A DNA stretch of 57,571 bases, filler included, from Stramenopiles sp. TOSAG23-3 (Eukaryota), in assembly GCA_900128585.1 (NCBI GenBank). It is 6 parts of 6 records of this genome, joined end to end, with 100 filler letters (N's around TTAATTAATTAA, not from the genome) between each part and the next. Parts side by side here need not be neighbours in the genome. Positions count along the whole stretch, not along the records: positions 17,260 to 34,411 come from LT642459.1; positions 34,512 to 51,642 come from LT642460.1; 4 more parts are not named here. The stretch is one strand, 5' to 3'. Numbering within the stretch: position 1 is the first letter of the stretch; each line of letters begins with the position of its first letter. Both the position numbers and the translations under genes were made by a program. Below, piece after piece: positions 31,476 to 39,800 of the stretch. The notes under the pieces are model-generated. The model was not told where the DNA came from. It saw only the letters and a list, made by a program, of their open reading frames with translations, and did not search any database.

Positions 31476-32314
31476 TCATATAAATACAATACAATAAATA
31501 GCATGCAAATAGCCTATAATATAATAAATAATTCTTCTTCTGTGGCTCTCTCTTCACTTCTTTTTTCTTCCTCATATCTTCTTCTTTTTTTTCGGTTTCT
31601 TTCTTTTCTTTCTTTCTTTGTATTCCTATATATATTAAATTATATAATATACTTCCTCTTTTTCTTTTCGTAAGATCTTCTTTCTTTTTTGCACTTAACA
31701 TAAACACAGCAGAAGAGAAAGAATAAAAAAAAAAAAAGAAGAAAGGAGTATACGTTGATGAATCCTTTGCTTTAATGGTATTTCCATATTAATAAATTAA
31801 TTAAAAAAAAAAAGATCGTATTGCATCATTAAATTAATACCTGAATAGCATAGAAATCTAGAAATATGATACGCGGTAGTAGGTACGTAGTTATTAAATA
31901 TTTAAAGAGGACACAGGGAGAGCATATATAATGGAAGAAGAGAATCCGTTGTTTTTTTTGAACGAAGATCTTATCCCCAATGGTATTTTTATGTTGAAAA
32001 AAAAATAGTAGATAGAAGAAGAAGAGGGAAGAGGAGAAGAAAGAAGAAGAAGAAGCAAGACAGAAGAGAGATACTATTTAAGTTAGTTTCTTTTTTCAGG
32101 TTGAAGTGAATGGGAGGAATGTAGTAGATATGGAACGAATGAATGTATAGGATGGGATGTGCAGGACTGTACGGGTATGCATTGAAGAACTAGAAAAAGT
32201 GCATGTCTGAACGAAGCATTGTTTCACAGTTTAAACCATTCACAAATTGCAAATACAAAGTATTGAAACGATTCATTTTAACACCACACCCTACGCTAAA
32301 ACAAAGAAAGGAAC

Positions 32315-33628
32315 ATGGGAGCCGCAGCGTCTACCGATAACATGACTGACGAGCAGTACAAGGAAGCCGTCGACAATCTATTCAAACAAGTTGAAGAGAT
32401 TCGCGCCTCTAACCCAGGGAACCGGTGCGTCAAGTACCTGACCCGAGAAATCTTCGACGGGTACTCCAAGGAAGACCAGCTCACGCTTTACAAGTGCGCA
32501 AGGACCGGCATCGAGAACAAGGATTCCGGCCTCGGCTGCTACGCCATGAAGCCAGGGGACTACAAGACCTTCTCCAACTTCTTCGACCCGTTGATCCGCG
32601 ACTACCACAAGGCCGCCGCCGACGCTAAGCACGTCACCGACTGGGATGCCTCCACCGTTGGCGAGGCCGGCGTCTTGGACGTCACCAAGCTTGGCTTGGA
32701 AGAGCTTTCCATGCGCGTCCGTGTTGGCCGCAACTTGAAACAGTTCAACCTTCCAGGCCTTATGGACAAAGCCGAGCGCATCAAGTTCGAGCAAGTCATG
32801 CTCGCCGCCTTCGCAAAGATCGTCGAGAACCCAGAATTCGGCGGAAGCATTTATTCCATGTCCCCAGACCACGGCGAGGGCGTTGAGAACCCAAACCTGA
32901 TCACCGCCGAAAAGTACCAAGAGCTTGTGGACGCCCATGTTATGTTTAAGGACATGGACGCCGACCCTTTCCTCAAGAGTGCCGGCATCAGTTCCGACTG
33001 GCCATACGGACGCGGGTGCTACCAATCCGAAGACAAGCAATGCATCATCTGGTTCGGAGAAGAAGACCAACTTCGCATCATGTGCATGAAGAAAGGGACC
33101 ATGTTGAACGAAGTCTTTGACCGTCTTCGGAAGTTATTGGATACCGTAGAATCCATCGAAGGCATCGAGTTTGCCACGGACGAGAACTACGGGTATGTTA
33201 CGTCTTGCCCAAGTAACCTTGGCACTGGTATGCGCGCCTCTGTCCACATCAAGATCCCCAACTTGACTGCCGATGGTTCCGATGCTAAAGCTAAAGAAGT
33301 TGCCAAGCCATTAGGTCTCTCTGTTCGTGGAACTGGCGGTGAGCACACCCCAATCGGAGCCGACGGTACCGTGGACATTTCCCCAAGTGCCCGTCTTTTC
33401 ATCAAGGAGCGCGATATTATTGCAGCACTTTACGAAGGCATTAAACTTTTGATGGAAAAGGAAAAAGCCGCCGCCGCCCCCCCCGCCGAAGCTGCGGCCG
33501 CCCCCGCCGAGGCCGCCCCCGCCGAGGCCGCCCCCGCCGAGGAAGCCGCCAAGCCAGCCGAAGAAGCCGCGGCCCCCGCCGAGGAAGCCGCCAAGCCAGC
33601 CGAAGAAGCCGCGGCCCCCGCCGAGTAA
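32315..33628 (+). CDS. Phosphagen kinase (ATP:guanido phosphotransferase; arginine/taurocyamine kinase-like) with N-myristoylation motif and Pro/Ala/Glu tail
   Basis: Motifs GIENKDSGLGCYA, SMRVRVGRN, DWPYGRG, EEDQLRI, CPSNLGTGMRASVH and VRGTGGEH. Starts MGAAAS. Strong C-ending codon bias suggests high expression. Confidence 0.95.
   Translation: MGAAASTDNMTDEQYKEAVDNLFKQVEEIRASNPGNRCVKYLTREIFDGYSKEDQLTLYKCARTGIENKDSGLGCYAMKPGDYKTFSNFFDPLIRDYHKAAADAKHVTDWDASTVGEAGVLDVTKLGLEELSMRVRVGRNLKQFNLPGLMDKAERIKFEQVMLAAFAKIVENPEFGGSIYSMSPDHGEGVENPNLITAEKYQELVDAHVMFKDMDADPFLKSAGISSDWPYGRGCYQSEDKQCIIWFGEEDQLRIMCMKKGTMLNEVFDRLRKLLDTVESIEGIEFATDENYGYVTSCPSNLGTGMRASVHIKIPNLTADGSDAKAKEVAKPLGLSVRGTGGEHTPIGADGTVDISPSARLFIKERDIIAALYEGIKLLMEKEKAAAAPPAEAAAAPAEAAPAEAAPAEEAAKPAEEAAAPAEEAAKPAEEAAAPAE
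33467..33625 (+). repeat. Coding repeat (PAEAA/PAEEAAK) including an exact 42-bp tandem duplication (33539-33580, 33581-33622)
   Basis: gaggaagccgccaagccagccgaagaagccgcggcccccgcc occurs twice in tandem. Confidence 0.9.
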
Positions 33629-34029
33629 GCTGCCCATAATTCATTTTATTTTTCTCGAACTCGTTGTTGTGTATAAAGGAATGGGACCACGGATTTCCTG
33701 ACGATCCATTTCTGGTCTGACACCGTGAAAATTTGGTAGCCACTGGAAACGATGAGCTCTATCGTGACCAGTGCTAACAACTTCGATGAGCGAATTTAGA
33801 AAAAGAAAGAGTGTTACTCCCGTGTTAGGATTTTAATATTGTATTTAACAGGTTGTACGGGCAGAGTGTAGACACGTACTGTAAAATTTGGGAAAAAACT
33901 GTTCCCCACCCCAGCCCCGACCCCAGCACCAAAGCCAGGCTCCAAGCCGCACGCTGCTGTCGTCGTCGCTCAAACACGCCTGGGGCACCGCAACGAACAC
34001 CCCGGCCCCATTCTTCCTCAACAAAGGTG

Positions 34030-34230
34030 CTACGTGGTGCCATTTTTCTGTCTTTCCTCCTCCTCTAATTGTTGCCGTTTTCGCCTTGCCTGGCGCTCTC
34101 TGTCTCGCTTTACACCAGCATACATCCTTTCCCGATCCGCCGTTTGCCTATAGTGCACGTACCAGATCCCCGTCACCGTGGCCGTTGTTACAGTTGCCAG
34201 AAGGGCTAGCGGCCCACGCAAGTGCGACAT
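34030..34230 (-). CDS. PET117: Cytochrome c oxidase assembly factor PET117
   Basis: 66 aa; hydrophobic N-terminus, then the signature VHYRQTADRERMYAGVKRDRERQ. Confidence 0.85.
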   Translation of the reverse strand: MSHLRGPLALLATVTTATVTGIWYVHYRQTADRERMYAGVKRDRERQARRKRQQLEEEERQKNGTT

Positions 34231-34411
34231 TGGCAGGCTCTTCCCTACGACACAATTCGAACGTTTCCTTTCCCCGTGTGTGTAGATGATCAGCGCCCAA
34301 TGTACATGCCAAAAGATCAGATATGAAACCGGCTATACATATACCACGACACATGCATGAAATGGTTTAAGCCCTTTGACATGTACATTTCATTACTCCA
34401 TCTGTACAATA

Positions 34412-34511
34412 NNNNNNNNNNNNNNNNNNNNNNNNNNNNNNNNNNNNNNNNNNNNTTAATTAATTAANNNNNNNNNNNNNNNNNNNNNNNNNNNNNNNNN
34501 NNNNNNNNNNN
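34412..34511. other. Artificial contig linker
   Basis: N44-TTAATTAATTAA-N44. Confidence 0.99.
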
Positions 34512-34558
34512 CGCACCGCCGCACGGACTTCAGGTGCGCCCCCCCCCCCGGGAAAACA

Positions 34559-35797
34559 ATGAGCGACGCTGTGGCAGTGACGAGCGCCCGGCTTGCCGCC
34601 CTAGAGTCTATCCGTGATCGGCTCAAAGATGTAAAACGGCAGTCCTCGGATCTGGCTTTGCTCTTCCAGAACCCGACGACTGCTCCAAAACGAAAACCAT
34701 GTCCCCGCATGGGTGTCGAATCTACCTTAGAAGAAACTCCGTATACAAACGTTCTGGCGGCTGCGGCAACGGGGAAAGTCAGGGACGTCTACCGCCTAGC
34801 GTCCTTGCGGGTTGTTGTGTACGGGCTGGAGACTGTTGGCGTGCACATCGCAGAGAGCCTTGCCCGCGCCGGGGTGGGAAATCTGATTTTGTTTGGCTCT
34901 GGGGATGAGAAAATAAACGAAAGTGACTATTTTAACCTTTCGATGGAGGAGACTTACAAGGGATGGCCGAAAGCGTTTGCATCGATCGATATGCTTAAAA
35001 ACGTTAATCCTGACGTACAGGTGGAGGCGTGCAGCTTGAACCTGTTCACGAGGTCTGGCATATCGATGGTGCAACACGCCATTTTGTCTGGAACGTGCAT
35101 GCAACCGAAATCTCATTTGTACAAAAAGACGTCTAGGATGGACGGCGATAGTGAGGATAGTTTCGATGAAGAAACAGACGTAATCACCTGCTACACGTGC
35201 AGAAGAAAGAGGGCAGAGAAGACCGACCGCTCGATGCCCCATCGGGAAAGGTTCGTTTCAAAAAGAGACTTTGTTGGGCCGTTTGAGGCGCCTGCCGACG
35301 CGACCAACGCTGTAAATCTGTTAGTCGCGTGTACGGAAAATAGGGACGAGGCCCTTTTTTTGAACGATCTGTGCGTGACGGCGGGGGTGAAAATCATTTT
35401 TGTTTCGTGTAGAATGTTAGCGACGGAAGTGTGCACGGTGTTCCCGACGGTGTCTCCGTGCCTCAGGTGCCACGAAAGCCACGTGCAACATTTTTTGTCC
35501 GCGGGGCCATTCGACCCCATATGGAGGGAATGCTCTGCGTCGCTGCCGTCTACCCAGCTCGTGGCGTCCGGGCTTGCATGCCAAAGTGTAATCGAATTAT
35601 TGCTGGGCCATGGGGAAGTTCTGGAAACGTTTGAGAAACAAGTCTATGACAGCGATAAAATGAAAGGCGTAATTAAAGTAGCCGGACAGAAGCGTAACCC
35701 CTCGTGTGAAAATGCTCACTGTTCGGAAAATCTCCCTCGGGGACCACTGGAGGGTTTGCAAGCCAAAATGGAACGATATTTATCTCGGAATTTTTAA
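34559..35797 (+). CDS. Divergent UBA5-like (ThiF/E1 family) protein
   Basis: Collinear with UBA5: ETPYTNVLA (cf. SNPYSRLMA), LKNVNPDVQVE, VNLLVACTEN, PCLRC, ECSASLPST (cf. VCAASLPTT), LLLGHGEV, NPSCENAHC and C-terminal LEGLQAKM. The nucleotide-binding motifs are degenerate. Confidence 0.8.
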   Translation: MSDAVAVTSARLAALESIRDRLKDVKRQSSDLALLFQNPTTAPKRKPCPRMGVESTLEETPYTNVLAAAATGKVRDVYRLASLRVVVYGLETVGVHIAESLARAGVGNLILFGSGDEKINESDYFNLSMEETYKGWPKAFASIDMLKNVNPDVQVEACSLNLFTRSGISMVQHAILSGTCMQPKSHLYKKTSRMDGDSEDSFDEETDVITCYTCRRKRAEKTDRSMPHRERFVSKRDFVGPFEAPADATNAVNLLVACTENRDEALFLNDLCVTAGVKIIFVSCRMLATEVCTVFPTVSPCLRCHESHVQHFLSAGPFDPIWRECSASLPSTQLVASGLACQSVIELLLGHGEVLETFEKQVYDSDKMKGVIKVAGQKRNPSCENAHCSENLPRGPLEGLQAKMERYLSRNF

Positions 35798-35800
35798 CTT

Positions 35801-35849
35801 GAAAATTGGCTGTTATTTAAGTAATTAAATTTAGCTTCCTCATACCCTA
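35801..35849 (-). repeat. Dispersed 49-bp repeat, copy 1
   Basis: The reverse complement tagggtatgaggaagctaaatttaattacttaaataacagccaattttc matches 57425-57473 at 48/49 positions. Confidence 0.9.
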
Positions 35850-36877
35850 TTTGGTAATTTTATATTGTTTTTAGTTTTTTATAATTAGGCTATATGTAAT
35901 TTGCAAGGAAACAATAACTGACCGATTAGAGAGATTTAGTTTGGTTCCGGTAGTATTTATACCACAGTACAAGAAGTGCAGTTCTTCCGCGCGGTACCTG
36001 TACGGAAGTAGTCGGTAGAAGAGGAGGAAAATAATACTTAAACGATAATACACGAAAATGATGTCACAATTTGGTCATCAGAAGAACTGAAAAAAATAAT
36101 AAAAAATAGGTTGTTACTGTAAAAAGTTCTTCTTTTTTGTTATTATTTAATACTTCATGAAGATAGTAAATTCGAACTTTTCGGGTTGGTACGTGCCGTA
36201 GTATTAACATTACTATAATAGTGCAATTTCATCCTATCCCATCGTATCCCGATGATCTGTGGTCCGGTGGGTCCGGTGGTCAGCCAAGTTTACGTTGTCA
36301 AAAGTGGTTCGGTCAAACAGCAGTACAACTTCGTCCTGTGATTGTGTTTACTCCTACACAGCACTAAATAAAAGAGTCAATGTCTGAATGCTATACGACC
36401 TCTTCTAAAAATTACCCTAACACATCATTGTACATTATTTATCAATTTTATATTAATTAGCTAGTCTATAATAGTATTAATATATATAATAATAGTTGGA
36501 ATAGTATAATAACCGCAACGTCTTTTTTGTTCTTCCTTCTTTCTTCTTCCGAATTATAATTAATATTTATTTGTTTTAATAATAATAATAATGTAAAATA
36601 TAATAAGAAAAACAAACGAACACAACAGTATAACAATGAACCAAAGTACAGTAGGCACGAATTACTTATTATTATTTATTTTAAATTGTATTATTATTAA
36701 ATTCGTGGCGCCAATAATCACACATGTTCTGTTTTGTTCCTGGTTGCATAACACACTTACTTTCTCCCCTTCCACAATTTTAGACTTGCCCCGCACGAAT
36801 TCGGAACCAAACAACGGTTGTTGACTAGCGTGCTTATTCGAGAACTGATTTTTGTAAGAAGTTCAGCATTCCTCAAG

Positions 36878-39800
36878 ATGTCTGGGCGTTTGAAGTACAC
36901 GTTCAAAGCTGAGAAGGAGATAGAACTGCACGTCGAAAAAGACACTGTCGTCAAATTGCTTGAGAAGGTTCAGGACGGGAAATGGTACAAGGTTGAAAAT
37001 GAAGGTAAAATAGGGCTTGTTCAAGGGAACTACATGGAAATAATAGAAGAAATTTCGGAGAAACCGAAAGAAGAAACTCCTGCCGAGGAGGCCGAAGCGC
37101 AGGTTGTAGCGGAAACTTCCGTCGAAGCCAAGGAAGAAGCAGCCAGTCAATCGGGGGAAGCACCGCTGGTCAACGTGCAAGGGAAGCAAAAGGCTGTAAT
37201 GAAATATAAATTTGAAGCACAGAAAAGCGAACAACTTTCCGTGGACAAGGGGGTAGAGGTGGTGATTTTACGAAAAGTAAATGCAGGGTGGAACGAAGTT
37301 TATGTCGACGGGAAGTCTGGTCTAGTGCAGGCCAACTACATGGAGGCCCTCGCCCCACAAGAAAGCGAAAAAGTGATCGAAGTAGAAAACCCGAACAGCG
37401 GCTCGGCGACTATAGAAATAGAGGCCAAGGTTGAATCGAAGAGCGATTCCGCGCCAGCTAGCAACGACAAGGCAAAAGCAACGATGAAATTTAAGTTTGA
37501 GGCTCAGAAAGAAGGGGAACTGACGATAGAAAAGGGCGAAGAAGTGATAATTGTAAAGAAGGTAAATGATTTCTGGTACGAGGTTTCTCACGGGGGAAAA
37601 ACTGGGTTGGTTCAGGCCAATTACATGGACGTAAATATTGATAATTCATCACCTGAAGAGAAACAGCCCGAAAACGAAAGCACTGCCATCAAAATACACG
37701 AAGGACAACCCGTGCTGTCGCGTAAGTTGACGGAAAACTTCCACGATGACTTTTCGTTTCAAACGGTTGACCAAAAACTTATCGACAAATGGCTGGAGAA
37801 GACGGATAAACTTTATGAGAAGAAACATAGCCCGTCGGTGCATGTAATCACGCCAATGTCGTGGGACGAGTGGGCAAATGTCGTTCCTTATGTACAAATT
37901 ATTGGGGCATGGGCTTCGTTTGTACGCCTTTCCTCTACATTTTCAACGTTCAGCCGAGACTTTAATTGGTTTTCAATCATATCTTTTGAGATATGGCCTT
38001 CCATAGAGGTTTTCTTCAAGGTCACGGAGGGCAATCCCTACTCCGATTGGGCATCGGGCCTGGAGCCCCTCATATGTTTGATACCTTTGTTAATTCCCCC
38101 ATTGCTCTTCCTCCGCCACTTCTTGAAATGGTGGAAGAGGCACTCTGCGTGCCTGAAGTGGTGCCGAAATCAAACAAAGTCGAAGTACGAGATACTGGAA
38201 GAGGAACTGTCCGACGAGGAAACCGATCTGGAGGGGCACACGGAAGAGGAGTGGGAAAGGAAAAAGCAACAAAGGAGGGAACAAAGGGCCGCGGATGACT
38301 ATAATCGTCAGGCGAGTATGAAATGCTGCTGCTGCATTAGTTGGAGGTACACGCTTTTGCTGCACCACACGCTGTACATTCCGGCGGTTATGGCCAGTTT
38401 TCACGCGATCGATATTGTGTGCAACCGTTTTCGGGAATACTGTGCCTATTTCAGCTTGGTAATATTTGTACTCTGCGGCATTCCCCTGATACTCAACCCG
38501 ATATTGCTAGGTTGCATGACCCAGCAATACTCCCCGAAAGTAGATGCAAATGATCCTGTATTTGGAGAAAGGGGTCACTTGAAAGACCATTCAGATGTCA
38601 AGTACTACGACGAATTGCATCACTCCACAAATCACTTGAACAGCCCTTTCTACTTTTTGTACCGCCCGTTTGCCCGCAAACACAAACTTGGCCGAACGTA
38701 TTACCTGCTCGCTAGGGCAGTGATTGTTTGGTCGCTCTACGAGAGTAATTACAATGGGGATTATGGCATTTTTTTCTTGGTGACGTCGGTGTACTTACTT
38801 CTCCATGTCATCTTTAAAGGCATTTACAATGCCCCCATTTCTAATAGGGTAAACATGCTCACGGCGGTTACTATCTGGCTGTTCGCGTGCTATACGCTGA
38901 TAGTAACAGAAAGTAAAGAGGAGTCCTCCATAGCGAAAATAAAAGACAACGTTTGGCTCTTTGTGCTAGGGATGTGGTATGGTTTCTGGGGCATATGCTT
39001 CTTCCTTAATTTTCGACTGGCGAACCTTTATGCATACTTTAGAACAAAACTTTCTTTTGAAGACACCGAAAGAGAGACGTTGACATCCGATATGAACATC
39101 ATAAAACAGTGGGACCCAGACATTGAGATCAAACACAGGCTCTGGCAACCGTTCTGGAATGCAATGATGAAAAAAAACGTTGTCGGCAAAGAGGTTGCAG
39201 TTCGGTGGCTGGAAATAAAGAAATTGGTAAAAGCCCACGGCTTGACGAAAGCAATCAACCATTTTGATCAAGAGCTTGCACAGCCAGAAATCATCGATGC
39301 CAGAAACTATATCATGTCCACGTGCGAAGGTGTGGATTGCTGGTACGACCCTACTGAGATGAACGAAAAGAAGAAAAAGAAGAAAAAAGCGAAGGGCATC
39401 AAAAGTTTTTTTGGAAAACTAGAGGTGGTTCCTTTTCCCTTCACGTGCTACATGGAATACGATAATGGCGAGTTTTTAGAAATTTTTGACGGCCCGAGCA
39501 TTATCGAACTTGCCGAGCAAAATAAGACTTCTCTAGTGCAGGTTAGAAAAGAGACCAGGCTTACTTTGCGTGCGATGGCGTCGAAGAAAGACGACGTGGT
39601 GCATTTTCCGTTCGAAGAGGAACGGTTTGAGCCCATCGAAGTGAGGGACGGTATAATCAGGGACGTAAAAATGAAGTTAAAGTACGAAGACTGCAAAGTC
39701 ATCATAACCGCGGTCGATGGAAGCAGTGACATAGTAAACAAGGCTGGCTTCACTGTAAAAGCGGTATATAATGATGGTTTCGGCAGGTGCATGTACAAAG

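Noticed and set aside
31081..31707. ORFs of 119-197 aa (LLFSS/REEKR repeats) on both strands
   Set aside because: Stop-free translations of the pentamer satellite; no coding evidence.
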